From Epiperipatus broadwayi (taxonomy: Eukaryota > Animalia > Onychophora), in NCBI GenBank assembly GCA_028023455.1, contig JAQFVV010000011.1, positions 1,364,001 through 1,428,000 on the forward strand: 64,000 nucleotides of DNA, read 5' to 3'. Of the stretch, positions 24,919 through 38,815 are shown piece after piece. Within the stretch, counting starts at the first letter, position 1; each line of letters opens with the position of its first letter. A program made the translations under genes and the position numbers. The notes below the pieces were generated by a model, which worked only from the letters and a program-made list of their open reading frames with translations, did not search any database and was not told the DNA's origin.

Positions 24919-25669
24919 TTTATTCATTATTGTAATGGAATTTGCCTTTTCATGTGAATCATGTATATATATGACCATACGTGTGTTTGCGTAATTATAA
25001 TGTAATAGTTTTTTTTCTGTCTTTTTTATTTATTTAAAAAACCATATAAATATAATTCCTTGTTTGATCGTAATCTACATGGTATTCTTATTTCTCACCC
25101 AGCATAAATTTCTGACTCCAAGTACCAATCTTACCTACATGTAAATAAGAATTATGCTGGGAGAGATCGAGTACTAATTTTGAATAAATAGAACTCCTAC
25201 TACTGGCTAGCTCACTCAGGGTGGGTGGTTATTAACCATGAGAAATGGGGACATAAATGCACACATATATGCTTAATTGACTCTCTTATACATTATTTTA
25301 TTACAAATCTCTATCTCTATTACACAATCTAAAATAAAAAAAACCAACACATACATTTATACACTCATGCTTAAAATTGATATTTAATACTCATTAATGT
25401 AGAAATCCCATAATAAATATTTTTGTTTGTGCTCAAATATTTTAAAGATAACGCATGCATATATACATACTGCATAGACAAAATAAATACAACAAAATCA
25501 GATAATATAAGACAAATGAAACAATTCAGCATTTAGTCTATTCATCTATTCAGCATTTAGTCTATTCATCTATATAAAACATACTTGACAATGTATAAAA
25601 GATTTCTTTTGATTTTTTCTTTTTCTTTTTTAGTCTTTAAGCATTATTATTATTGAAGATGGATTATTA

Positions 25670-25950
25670 TTTAAGAAGTAAATAATGCTTAAGAGAGTGT
25701 TCATATTACTTTGATTTCTCTCCGGGGGTATAGACGAATAGCAGCATTGGTTCGCTCAACACTATGGTGTTGTAAATATGTGCTTTTGGATAAGTGTATC
25801 TTAATCAATCCCTTAATATAATATCAAGAACATTCGGTGAAAATGATTCTATTTGTCAGATTAAGAGGGGCTTCCTTCCAATGTAGACAGCATCTGCAGT
25901 ATCTTCGTAGGATGGCTTGCAGAGCCCAGCACATTTTGGTCCTTACCCCA
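25670..25950 (-). mobile_element. Penelope-like GIY-YIG endonuclease relic
   Basis: Frameshifted minus-strand peptides DAVYIGR, LNLTNRII, KHIFTT/HSVERTNAAI resembling PLE endonuclease. Confidence 0.45.
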
Positions 25951-26689
25951 GCCTGTTCATGGCTGATGGTTTTATGTAGTTTTTTTAAAATAATATTTTT
26001 ATGATCTCACTAGTAGAACAAATCTTTTTAGAATCACCTCGAAAGTCTGACTGAAGAATTCTCATTAATTAATTCCATGTTCCATTTTCTTTTTATTCTC
26101 TCTTTCTTTTTTCTTTTCTTTAAAAAGAAAGCACATGTTATTTTTAGGTTTGCAAAAGCGCCTTAGCACCATTTTTTTCTTGACATCAAGGAATTTCAAT
26201 TAACACCTTAAAATCCATATTCAACCGTTCTTTGTTTCTTTCTTAGCATTTTTCTTTTTTTTAAAAAAATATGGTACTTTAGTACTTTTCTTGCTATGAC
26301 GTATTACCACAAAGACGTACTACTCAAATCTTCCGATCTTTAAGATAATGTCTCCTAGTGATTTCCTGACAATGTTAATCGATAAAATGTGTTCAGAAAT
26401 CACGTGGAGGTGGAGATGTTACGTTAAAAATCGAAAGATTAGAGTAATAAGTCTTCATGGCAATACGTCATACCAATAAAAAGCAATAAAGCAGCAAGCC
26501 ATCTGGTAGAAATTGGATGCCATGTTTGTTGTTTCTGCAAAAAAAAAATATTATTATAATAAAATGTAATAACATCGGTAGTCATAGCAATAATACTAAA
26601 AAGTACATCTAATAGCAAGAATAATACTAAAGAGGCTAACGGGTAAAATAGCAATAATAATACTAAAGAGGACATCTAATAGCAAGAAT

Positions 26690-27420
26690 AATACGAAAGA
26701 GGTCAACCGGTAAAAATAGCAATAATAATACTAAATAGGATATCTAAGAGCAAGAATAATATGAAAGAGGACATCTAAGAGCAAGAATAATATGAAAGAG
26801 GACATCTAATAGCAAGAATAATATGAAAGAGGACATCCAATAGCAAGAATAATACAAAAGAGGACATCCAATAGCAAGAATAATACTAAAGAGGACATCC
26901 AGTAGCAAGAATAATATGAAAGAGGACATCTAGTAGCAATAATAATACGAAAGAGGACATGTAGTAGCAAGAATAATACGAAAGAGGACATGTAGTAGCA
27001 ATAATAATACGAAAGAGGACATGTAGTAGCAAGAATAATATGAAAGAGCACATCTAGTAGCAAGAATAATATGAAAGAGCACATCTAGTAGCAAGAATAA
27101 TATGAAAGAGGACATCTAATAGCAAGAATAATATGAAAGAGGACATCTAATAGCAAGAATAATATGAAAGAGGACATCTAATAGCAAGAATAATATGAAA
27201 GAGGACATCTAATAGCAAGAATAATACGAAAGAGGACATCTAATAGCAAGAATAATACGAAAGAGGACATCTAATAGCAAGAATTATACAAAAGAGGACA
27301 TCTAATAGCAAGAATAATACTAAAAAGGTCAACCAGTAAAAATAGCAATAATAATACTAAAGAGGACATCTAAATCAAGAATAATACAAAAGAGGACATC
27401 TAGTAGATGACATCTAAGAG
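26690..27420. repeat. 31-bp minisatellite (about 23 copies)
   Basis: Unit gaaagaggacatctaatagcaagaataatat; period 31 checked at 27121. Confidence 0.97.
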
Positions 27421-27426
27421 CAAGAA

Positions 27427-27980
27427 ATATATATATGACATTAACTTAAAAAATGATTTAAAGCAAAACTGCAAAAATTAGCACACACAAAAAAAAATAT
27501 GTCTAAAAGACCAAAAAATGTTAAATAGGTACTGTCAAATATATATATGACATTCACTTAAAAATTGATTTAAAGCAAAACTGCAAAAATTAGCACACAA
27601 AAAAATAATTTGTCTAAAAGACCAAAAAATGGTAAATAGGTACTGTCAAATATATATATAAGACATTCACTTAAAAATTGATTTAAAGCAAAACTGCAAA
27701 AATTAGCACAAAAAAAAAAATGTCTAAAATACCAAAAAATGTTAAATAGGTACTGTTAAAAATATATATAAGACATTCACTTAAAAATTGATTTAAAGCA
27801 AAACTGCAAAAATTAGCAAAAAAAAAATCTCTAAAAGACCAAAAAATGTTAAATAGGTACTGTCAAAAATATATATAAGATATTCACTTAAAAATTGATT
27901 TAAAGCAAAAATTAGCACAAAAAAAAAAAAAAATTCTCTAAAAGACCAAAAAATGTTAAATAGGTACTGTCAAATATATA
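27427..27980. repeat. Tandem repeat of about 112 bp, about 5 copies
   Basis: gacatt(c/a)acttaaaaa(t)tgatttaaagcaaaactgc...aaataggtactgtcaaa repeated. Confidence 0.95.
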
Positions 27981-28011
27981 TGCTTTCGTTTAGCTTGTCG
28001 TTCCTCAGCAA

Positions 28012-28452
28012 AAAAAAAATAATTACACATGCCAAAAAAGTACATAAATTAATAGTAATTTACTAAAATTATTATAAATTCAAATTGACTACAAAATAAT
28101 TGACAAAAAATTTATAAAATTTTTTTATAATTTTAAAATTAAAGACAAAAAAAAAACACTTTTTCCGATATAGTGTGAATCTATTATACAGCGGAAATGG
28201 CGGACGTAAAAAAAAAGGCCATCTCGGTGCCATGTTGTAGTTACTCGGAAAAAGCAAAATAATTACATGTGCCAAAAAAAAATACATAAATTAATAGTAA
28301 TTTACTAAAAATATTATAAATTCAAATTGAATACAAAATAATTGCAAAAAAAATTATAAAAAATATTTGTAATTTTAAAATTAGAGACAATAAAAAACAC
28401 TTTTCCCGATATAGTGCGAATCTGCCATACCGTGAAAATGGCGGACATAAAA
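28012..28452. repeat. Tandem duplication of about 245 bp, 2 copies
   Basis: ataattaca..gccaaaaaa..tacataaattaatagtaatttactaaaa repeated at about 28018 and 28259. Confidence 0.9.
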
Positions 28453-29369
28453 TGTCCTAATTAAATCGTATTACATAAAATTATGAAATTAAAAGTGTAG
28501 TCTTTTTTTAATGAAAATAAGGATAATTTATAATAAAAAAAATGGAAAGAAGACGACCAAAAAGAAGCAAAATAAAAAATAACCGAAAAGGTAGTACATA
28601 AAATTATGAAATTTACAAATTAAAAAATAACCTGTAATGGCGATATATGTCTTAAAAGCTACTATATGAAACAAAATGAAAATTACTTACAAATAACGAC
28701 GGTGGAAATTACTATAATATCATCCAATCGACAGTTAAAAATTCACTCTATTTAGTAATATGTCCATATTAGATATGAAAATATGATCTAAAAAATCACT
28801 GTGATGACGTCGATATCAAAACCGCAAAAGACAGAGAAATGACAAAATTTCCCATAGGTCTCTCAACTTTTTAAATCTCGCAAGACACCTCGATCAAAAA
28901 ATCAGTATTCCCAAGGATTAGTCTTTCCAGTGACTTTGTTGCCATGACATCGTTTATCTAATCTTCGATGAAATCTTACCGGCAAAAAACATGCTAAGTG
29001 TAAAACGTCATAGCTCATAAAATCTGAAACTACCTGTTATTTATCAAGATAACAATCTATGCATTTTTGATTCTTTTTTCTTTCATTTAATATATCTTTT
29101 GAATATACTGTACTATGACTTCCATCTTGAAAATAAAATTTTGCCTTATTTTTTTGTCCATTCCACTTATTCATCCATACAGCAATACAACTACATGCAT
29201 TTTTAAACAAAATACAAAAGCACAAACTCTGTTTTTCCATTTAAAGATATAAACACACACAAAAAAAACACAAAGAAAAGAAAATCAAATTTATTACAAA
29301 TTTTGATTATATATATGTGTGTGCCTATATACCACCATATTTTAGAACAAGGTTTGAACCCAGCCCTAT

Positions 29370-32300
29370 AAAACTTACTATTTTTAAGTTTTCCAATATT
29401 ATTTTTTCTCTGGAGTACACAATTAGCTTTATAACTTATCCATATGGTTACTAAAACAATATATACATATTTTTTACAAAATATAATATCTCTCCCCACT
29501 CCATCAGAGAAAATCCCATTTACTTTACTAAATGTAATCATGAAATCTATTCAGTCTACGCTTTTTTCCAAATAGGTCTGGGTGGTTTTTTTTCTATCAC
29601 TGCTGCTTCCACTTCTTCCTGTTCTGAAGACATTTGCAAGCTTTCATTTTCATCAGATTCTTTTTCTTTAGAGTTGCACATTTTCTTTTCATTTATTGCA
29701 TTTATACATCTATGCCCAATTATATCTGGGCTTTCTTGCCCTCTACTGAGGTTTTTCTGGTGTCTTTTTATGACATAATTTTCACCTTTAATCACTACTA
29801 CTCAGTTCAACAGAACCTTTTCAACTCTCCCTTTGATCCAAGTTTGCTGTTTGATTGTGAACTCTACATTATCAAATTTCCCTTTTGTCTCTGTTTTTCC
29901 CCTTTTTGTGTGTGTCCATGGCCATAGCTTGGCCTTACTGTTCATAGGCTTTGCATTTCCCACTGGTACATTTGATACTTTATTCACGTGTTCACCTTTA
30001 CAGTTATACCTAACTTTTGAAACCAGTCCTGCCCTATTAATAGACTAATTTCCCCCCTTCATTATGTATATAGATAATTTTTCACTTTTGTCTCTGTGCT
30101 TTATAGGCACTATTGCAGCATAGCTTAGCATTCCCTATTCATTTCCACTGACATCTACAACTCTTATAGTTGGCTATCAAACTGGCACATCTCTGCATTT
30201 TCCTTTGATCTGTTTCCATAGCTTTTCTGAGAGTAGTGAAATGCCACACCTGCTATCAATTTCCATTTCAATCTTTTTATTACAAATTTCTAATTGTAGT
30301 ATATATTTATTTTTCATCCTTACTCCTTTATTATTAATGCTAATCATATCACCAGTTACAATTGCATTAGATTTTATATTATGCTGCAACTGCTGCTGGC
30401 TTTTGCCCATCACACATTTTTAAAATGCCCTTTTAGGTTACACTTATGGTACCTTTTATCTAGAAATTTACACTGGCTTTTATGTGGCCCTTTTGTCCAC
30501 AGCAGAAACACATTACTTTTGCTTGTGCTACAGCATTTATACCCTTCTTTTCGATCAGTTTTGCATACTATTTCCTCATTTTCACTTTTATTTTTAAAAC
30601 AGGCTGCTTGTATTATTATTATTATTATATTGTAAGCTACACCCTTCTTGATAGCTGATGCAAAGTTTAAATCTGTATCAGACAGCAGATTTTTCCTCAG
30701 ACAATCATCAAACAGACCCCATAATAACTGATCTAATAATACATCATCAACATAATTTCTGTATATACACAATCTTTAGTTAATTGTCTCAATGCTAAAC
30801 TGTACTCTTTTACAGATTCTTTCTTGCATTGTCTTCTATTCCTTAGAGACAACCTGGCTACATGTTTAGACTAGCAGAAGCTAAAGTGTTCACTTAATTT
30901 TTTCACTATATCCTCATACGCTACCGAATCCTTTATGGGTAAGTAAAAGTACTTATTCATTATATCAATTACATTTCTGCCTGATAGAGACATCAATCCT
31001 GTTATCTTTCTCTTGTACTCAATCCTATTGTGCAAGAAAAATTTTTCCAATTGAGTAGCATAAAGATGGCATTCCCCAACATTACTAACATCAAACTGGG
31101 ATATTACAGACTGTTCTAATGACATTTATATAATTATTCACAACTGACAAACCCTACTTCAGTTAATCACTTTTTAAAAAAAATTCTACTTTACAGGTGT
31201 GAATACAAACTGAAACTATGTCAAGTTTGTTGTGTATTCAACTATGAATCTGAATGCCAACAATTATTACAAACTTATTAACAACAACAAACTTATTAAC
31301 TACAAAAGAACTATGTCAATAAAAATTAGACAATATTTATTTATAAATATATACAGAATTAACTGGTTTAAATTCAGATCAGTCCCAGCATTGTTTGTTT
31401 TACAAACATAATTGGTTATGTCCTTGATTTTAAGTTCCAAACCATCAGCTAATATCAAGACAGATTACTATGCACTTCCAGTCTACTAGTGATGGATTTA
31501 AGTGAATAACTAAAGCTTATACTCACAGTTCCTTATTGCACAATCCTATTTGGGCCTTATCAGGCTTACAAAAATGATACATGACTGGTGCAATCTATTA
31601 AGTTTTCCTATCCGGCTATTTTTCACCTTCAGAGGTACAGACTTTGTCAAAAACATTTTTTAATCCAGGGAAGTTGGTATCCATTTCCCGCAGCTTTTTC
31701 TCTAGTTTTATTCACAATTCAGCAACCATAGCAGCATTACGACGATGAGTAAGTAAAAACTGACATGACACTCCTGTCTTTTCAGCACACATTATTTATA
31801 CTTTTTCCCCATATTAATATCCATTAATGTTATTATTAGCATTAGGGTAACTGCAAAATACATTAGACACATTATTACAATATGGTAGCAGCAATCAATT
31901 AGACTAATCATCTTTACAACGATTATCATCTGGCATTTTATTTGCATTTGTTCACGTTCCTTTGCTTTGTAATTAGTGCTTTAGATATTTATTCCTTTGA
32001 TTGATTTGTAAAATTAGCTTAATATTTAAATTTAAACAATAATTTTTTTCTATATTAATATTTAAATTTAAACAGTAAGTTTTTTCTACATTAAAAAAAA
32101 TCCGTTAAGCATTTCCAGCATTATAATTCACAATTCAGTTTATCTTTTAGCAATCTTTTGTACATTGCTTTTAACTTGCAATCTCTATCTAATTTTAAGT
32201 TTATTTTATTTACAAACGATCTTTTTTCGTTGCCTTTAAACATAAACTCATCTATATAAAATAAAGTTTCCTTTATTTTTCAGCAATCTTTTTTTCATTG

Positions 32301-32492
32301 CTTTTAGAACTTAAAAATGTTTTACATCTATGTTTCCTTTAACTATTAGCGATCTTTTTTATTGCTTATAAAATTTACTATAATCTATGTATTTTTAAGT
32401 TTCCATTATTATTTTTTCTCTGGCGTACACAACTAACTTTATAACTTATCCATATGTTACTAAAACATATATATATTTTACAAACTGTAACA
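29370..32492 (-). mobile_element. Internally deleted Gypsy LTR retrotransposon (gag, zinc knuckle, protease, integrase tail; RT/RH/IN core missing)
   Basis: ORF 31125-30871 resembles gag N-terminus; ORF 30772-30410 has DQLLWGL and HKCNLKGH knuckle; ORF 30413-30177 has the MEIDS protease motif; 29987-29802 is the IN tail. PPT at 29489-29502; 5' LTR starts TGTTACA at 32492 and is homologous to the 3' LTR. Confidence 0.85.
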
Positions 32493-33009
32493 GTAGGAAA
32501 ACATTAAAATTTTGTCATTGTTTTCTATAATTAAACTATGACATTTATAAATAAATCATTTTATTTTATTTTTATATAGCGCGATGTTTAAATATGACAT
32601 TTATGTAAAAGCAGAAAACTTTGAATTCAGAAAAAAAAAAACTGCAATTCATAACATACAGTAGTCTTGAATCTGAATTAAAAGTATTTTTGGCAATGTT
32701 CCATGCTGTTGCATGACAATAGGCACAATACATTGTGTGCATGCTAAGCATTTAAAAACATAATTGCAGTGAAATTGCATAATGCAACACAGGCGAGTAT
32801 TGCCAGAAACACTTCAGTTTCATTGTACATTTGATTTTGAATCAAGTTTTGATTGCTAAACATTCAGAAATGTTTTAAGTGTTGGCACATTTTTGTTTCC
32901 CCCAAAACTTAGTTACCTAATACCATATTGGGTCAAAACCTACAGTTTATTCACCTAAAGCAATACTGATTCTCACAAATGTCAATTCATAACTATAAAA
33001 CAAAATATA

Positions 33010-33384
33010 CAATATAGAGAGCATACAAATAGCTCAAACAAGCTCTTAATTGATAAGTGTGGTAAGAGAAAATATTTAAAATCTCTATCCAGAATATTCT
33101 TATCCCCAGACCAATTGGTTTCGAGCTTGTGGCTCATCTAAGTGAGGAGCTAGAATACCCAGACATTATATCTAAAATATCAACTCAAATACATAATATT
33201 TAAGTAGAAACTTTGAAATTTTCAGACATGAAAATGTCTTAAACTCCAACTATCTAACTTAAATAGCTATATGGGACTGAACAAAATTCAGATCTACCAT
33301 ATGTACACTCTCTATATTGCATATTTGTAAATACAAGCTCATAAAAGCAAGGTCACATTATATATGTCTTGCTTTATTGATTAT
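33010..33384. mobile_element. Sister hammerhead retroelement family, inverted insertion
   Basis: 16-bp TSD tataaaacaaaatata at 32994-33009 and 33385-33400; minus-strand UCCUCA CUUAGAU GAGC CACAA GCUC GAAACCAAUUGGUC|UGGGGA at 33103-33148; absent from paralogous segment B. Confidence 0.75.
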
Positions 33385-33908
33385 TATAAAACAAAATATA
33401 AAAATATCACATAACCACAGCTTATACAAATTTTTCAGAAAAAAACTCTGCTTAGTTTACTTCAGTGCTGCCATCTATTTGAAGCTTGTATAATCAACAG
33501 GCAATAGAGAATAGTACTTATTAAATTCTTATAGGAATGTTTTTCATTTCATATCCCTAGTCACATTTCTGGCATATGATAATCAGTGAAAAACTTAGAT
33601 TTGAATCTAAGACTAGAAGCAATAATCTTTTAAGTTTTATCGAAATGGATTATTGTCATATTCAGTGATCATTACATCAGTGTTTTCATTCCCCTTCGTT
33701 TCTACAACTTTAAATAATATAAAAATCCTTAAAATCAGATGGCATATGGCATATATTTTTAAAATATTTCCATAGTTTAGAGACTCACATATCAACAACA
33801 TATTTAAAAATTTCTTCAAGTATATATTATCAGAACTTCAATTATTCTATTTTTTAGATGATCAAAAATGTTTTAATTTCATTAAACTGAATATCTTTGT
33901 TTATATTT

Positions 33909-34313
33909 AAGCCAATAAACATCCCATAATCACCATTTCCTATGCTTGCTTACAACTGTTATTAAAACAGGCAAAATTCTCTATACATATTGCCACTCGG
34001 TGTAAGCCAGAGTAATGAATGGATGCCAGAAAGCTTGTCCATAAAATACCCATCTAGTGCCTACTCATCCAGTATCCCCAGACTAGTTTCTGTCTTGTGG
34101 ACTTCATCAGTGCTGGAGAGTTGCATTAGATCCTGAGATCTAGGTGCAGTGCTCTCAGATCCAAGGCTCCTGATGAAGGCCACAAGTCAGAAACTAGTCT
34201 GGGGATATTGGATGAGTAGGCACTAGATGGGGATTTTATGCACAAGCCTTCTGACATCCATTGATTACTCTGGCTTGCACTGAGTGGAAATATGTACAGA
34301 GAATTTTGCTTGT
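33909..34313. mobile_element. Hammerhead retroelement family copy, inverted arms each with a ribozyme core
   Basis: TSD tttgtttatattt at 33896-33908 and 34314-34326; cores at 34076-34112 (-) and 34170-34205 (+); empty site in the paralogue (about 38418). Confidence 0.92.
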
Positions 34314-35057
34314 TTTGTTTATATTTGAAAGTGTGTGTCATTATTCAAAAGATGGCTAAAAAGTATATTAATCAGTAATATACCTGATCATAGTCTCAAT
34401 GCACTAGTTTATTATATTACTAAACTGTGCATCAATGCGTTTAATAGGTATTCAATAAGTTCTTCTGCTGACACTTGCAATAAGTGCATATATTTTGAGA
34501 AAAGTCTTTAATTTTCATTTTTATAGAATTCAATAATTTCTAAATTTACTATTCTTTTGACTACTCAGGTAATTTATATTATAGGATTTTCGATCACATT
34601 TCCCATCCAATTCACCTCTTTGTTGACTATACTATCAGCAGCTTTTGTTCTGAAATATATTTAAAATATTTGCTGTACCTGATTGCATAAATTCTTGATT
34701 CCATTATATTATTGTTTTTAAATGAATAAGCCCAAATTGTGCAATTGAGTGGGTAAAAGTCTTTTGCTGTCTCTCTTATTTTGTTTTCTTTTTAAAGTTT
34801 ATTAGATTATGTAGAAGATCCAACTTTCAACGGTTTTATTATTTTTAAAATAGATAATTTTGAAGTAGAAGGTTGTGTTATCTATGGCAAAATATTTGCA
34901 TTAATGCTACGGTTTCAACCGCGTTGTCATTTAGATTTACATTTATAGGTAGTGCGGTTGAAACTGTAGCAGTTAGTTATATTCTATTACGACATGAGCT
35001 TCTTCTAGCATTTTGAAGTCTTCTATAAATTATCTAAAAGAAATATACAAATTTTTG

Positions 35058-36228
35058 GGTAATCCTGACTTTTAGCGTCCCGAACAATCCCCCCTCTATT
35101 TTTAAAAAACTGAACTAACTACTTTTTCACACCTAAAAAAAAAGTGTATGTAACTATATACAAGTGTAAATGCTAATAAAAAAAAAGTTAAAATAAATAC
35201 TTACATTTACATGCGTATTTTTCACTTATAGCGGTCTTTGCTGTATATAGAACGGTAAATAAATGACGTATATTAACTCTAAATGTTTTCACATAAAGAA
35301 GAATAAATAACAAAAAAATTAAGTTACATTTTTAGTAGTAGGAAGCCACACAAGCGAGGAAATGCACGAAAAGGTCGTCGCGTGCATGCAGATTTCTGAA
35401 ACAAAATTCCTGCAGGTAGGATGATTACAAAGGTCTGCTCGTCCCAAATTAGTATTTTAGCTTACGCTTTGCTCTCATCCACAGATTTTCAACATTATTG
35501 GTGTGTATATCCTCGTCATCCGGGTCAACAAAGTTATCTTGATGGACGACGACAGAGTGGAGATAGACACCATTGGAAAGACTGCTAATATTGTTATACG
35601 CACGCCGTCGCTGATAATATGTGTTCCAGGCAAAATGTGTTGCTAGATCAGTGCTTCCAGGGTGGCAGCCGATCATACGAACAGGCACATTATATGGCCA
35701 GCAAAATGCTATGTGAACAATGGTGTTCAAACCCAGATGGCTGCGTCCACTTCAGGGTCAATTCCACAGTTTGAAATTGCTCTATCAGACGACGAGTATT
35801 CCAACTTTCTACCAGAACTTCCAAAACAGACATAATTTCATTTGGAGGCACTATGGTTGTGAGAGCCACTCTAGCTGACATTTTTTAGAAGGACAGAATT
35901 CCACGTGGTATAATTTGTCTCATGTCACAAGTGGCACGTGACCAAAGTCCAGTAGTTCATAATTTTTACAGCTGGAACTTTCTGCGTGAGTCTAAATAGA
36001 GCCTAAAAAAGTAAGTATTTTTTTGGGTTATTTATTATGTGAAAACATTTAGAGTTAATAATAAAATTACGCATGTAAATGTAAGTATTTATTTTAACTT
36101 TTTTTTTATTAGCATTTACACTTGTATATAGTTACATACACTTTTTTTTTTAGGTGTGAAAAAGTAGTTAGTTCAGTTTTTTAAAAATAGAGGGCGAATT
36201 GTTCGGGACGCTAAAAGTCAGGATTACC
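35058..36228 (-). mobile_element. Merlin (IS1016/IS1595-related) DNA transposon, internally deleted
   Basis: TIRs GGTAATCCTGAC../..GTCAGGATTACC of about 165 bp, nearly perfect; 8-bp TSD aatttttg at 35050-35057 and 36229-36236; minus ORF 35730-35449 ends with AYNNI..HSVVVHQDNFVDP..HTNNVENLWMRAKRKL, the IS1595-type DDE C-terminus. Confidence 0.93.
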
Positions 36229-38815
36229 AATTTTTGTTTAGTATGGGAAGAACTTTCACAAGCGACTAAAAAATAAAATATCATTAATTTATTTTATTAA
36301 TATTCTTTAATCTAACAGTTTGTGGATTTTACTACTTATATCTTTCATAATATCCACTATAATTAAATATATTCATTACTATTACAAATCACATTTTATG
36401 CTATAAATTATAACATCATTTTTAGCCTAAATGTCAACTTCCAACTCAGTTAAACATTAGTATATTTATTGTTTTTATTAAACATAATCACATGATCGTT
36501 ATTCTGACATATTTTTCTTCGAGAGTATTATTTTCTATTCTCCCACATATTCTTGAATCATTTGAATAAAGCACCCGAAAGGTGGTAATAGATTCCTAAG
36601 GTATATTTTTAGGTTATTTAATTAAAAAAAAAATTAGAAAAATAAAATAAATGAATGATTTTAATTTCACGAAGCAAAATAAAAAGGAAACTTGAAAATC
36701 TTAATTAATATTTTTACAATGTTATGTGTTTCTTTATAAAGAGGTTTTTAAAAATGTTTATATAACATTGTATTGATTACTTAACTAAAATAAAAATAGA
36801 AATAAGTTAAAATATCTAATAATGAAAAAAGTTTCACCGAAGCATCTTATAAAAACCTAAACTTTAGGGATAACTTTTCTGAACACATATTACCCATGAG
36901 AACTTCATCTTGTTTCACAACGATCGACTTTAAAGTACATCTTTTTAAATAATAAATTATACAAATTATGGTTACACTACAAATGATTATATAGGCAAAT
37001 GAATATCAGACATCTAGGTTAAATGTACCATGTTAATTACATATAGATAAATAGAATTCTTTCTATACATTGAGAAGAAATAGAGAGTAAATTACCCACT
37101 TCACCATCTTTACAATTATTGTTTTAGAAATGAAGGAAATACATTGATATCATCACGACAACAGTTACTTGAATGCTTTACTAGAAACCAGACCATGAAA
37201 AAAAATTGCATGTCATTGCATAAATTAAACACGTAGGTTTCAGTAGAGCCTAGGGAATAACAACAATTTTTAAAATCAAACACAACCCAATTTGAAGATA
37301 TATTAATTTACCAATCAAGTGCTGAGGAATGATGAAATATTTAAATTTTCTCTTTATATTTTATAATTAAACTATGCTATTTCTTTAAGAAAAGAAAATT
37401 TTGCATGCACAGCAAAGAAACTGTAATTCATAACATACAGTAGTCTTGAATCTGATCTGCAAGTGTATTTGGCAGGGTTCTGTGCTGTTACATAACAGCT
37501 TGCACAATACAATTTGTGCATGTTGTGCATATAGTATCATAATTGGAGTGAAACCACACAATGCAATATGGATGAACACTGCCAGAAATACTTCGGAATC
37601 ATTATACATTTGCTTTTGAATTAATTTTTCATTGCAATATATTCAGAAACATATTAGTGATGCCACATTTTGTGACCTCACATTCAGTTACCTAATACCA
37701 CATTGGGCCACAACCCATAGTTTAAAAAGCTTTTCTTTGAAGCAGCATTGAATCTTGCAACCATCAGTTTATGACTATAAAAACAAAATATGAAACATCA
37801 AATTGCTAAAGCATATACATATTTTTTCAGAAAAAACTCTGTACTGCCATATAATGTATTCTCAATGAATCAATAAATACTACATAATAGTACATATTAA
37901 ATTCTTATAAGCATGCTACTTAATTCATATCCTATCACAAGTCTGGCATATGACTCATCAGTAAAAAATGTAGATCTGGTCCTAAAACTAGAAACAATAT
38001 TTTTTTGTCATTATATTTTAGAGAATTCCAAGAAATTGTAAAAGACCTAGAAAGAGACCTCATTTGTAATAGTGCATGAAATAACAAAGTGTGATGTGAA
38101 AAGAGACTAGAGGTTAAAGAAGATGGATTGAACTTGGAGAGACCTTTATCATACAATGAATCAATAATGGTTAAAAATGATGACTATTATATTTGATGAT
38201 AATTATTTCAATGTTTTCTGTGCCCTTTATTTTTAAAACTTTGAATAATATAATAATCTTTAAAATCTGATGGCATATATTTTTAAAATATTCCAATAGC
38301 TTTGAAACTAACATAGCAATATCATATTTAAAAGTTTCTTCAAGTGTATATCATCGGGACATGATTGTTCCATTTTTAAGATTATCAAGAAATGTTTTCA
38401 TTTCATTAAGCTGGATGTCTTTGTCTATATCAAAAATAGTAAATAAAATAGATACATAAGTGATTAAAGTCTTTATTCACCAGCAATATAATTGATCATG
38501 GTCTGAAAGCTCTATTTTACCATTTTGTTAAATGGTGAATCAATGCTTTAATCAGTATTCAATATCTTCTCTACCTGACACAAAACTGACACTGGGGATA
38601 TCTCTTAGTTGTTTTATTTTGGGTAACTTCTTTTTTACAATATTCGATCATTTTTTTAAGTGCTTAAGTGTATCATTCTTTTGAATATTCAGGTGATTTA
38701 TATTACACAAAGCAAAACTCTCCACACGTAGTGCCATCTTGTGCCAACAAGAGTAATCAATGGATGCCAGAAGGCTAGTGCATAAAATCCCTATATAGTG
38801 CCTACTCATCCAATA

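Larger units (their letters stand above)
26273..29034. mobile_element. Non-autonomous Merlin-like DNA transposon filled with tandem arrays
   Basis: Imperfect TIRs GGTAC..GCTATGACGT / ACGTCATAGC..CTACC; subterminal sequence shared with 52549-55176 (atctttaagataatgtctcctagtgattt; gttgccatgacat); no TSD match in this copy. Confidence 0.7.
32525..35000. repeat. Diverged duplicated segment A (paralogue of 37360-40140)
   Basis: Collinear blocks, e.g. aactg(c/t)aattcataacatacagtagtcttgaatctga at about 32640/37420 and gaaactgtagcagtt at about 34960/40100. Confidence 0.85.

Noticed and set aside
26690-27420. ORFs (26744-27115) and a CRISPR-like periodicity in the 31-bp array
   Set aside because: Units are contiguous with no unique spacers; the ORFs are translations of the repeat; the context is eukaryotic.
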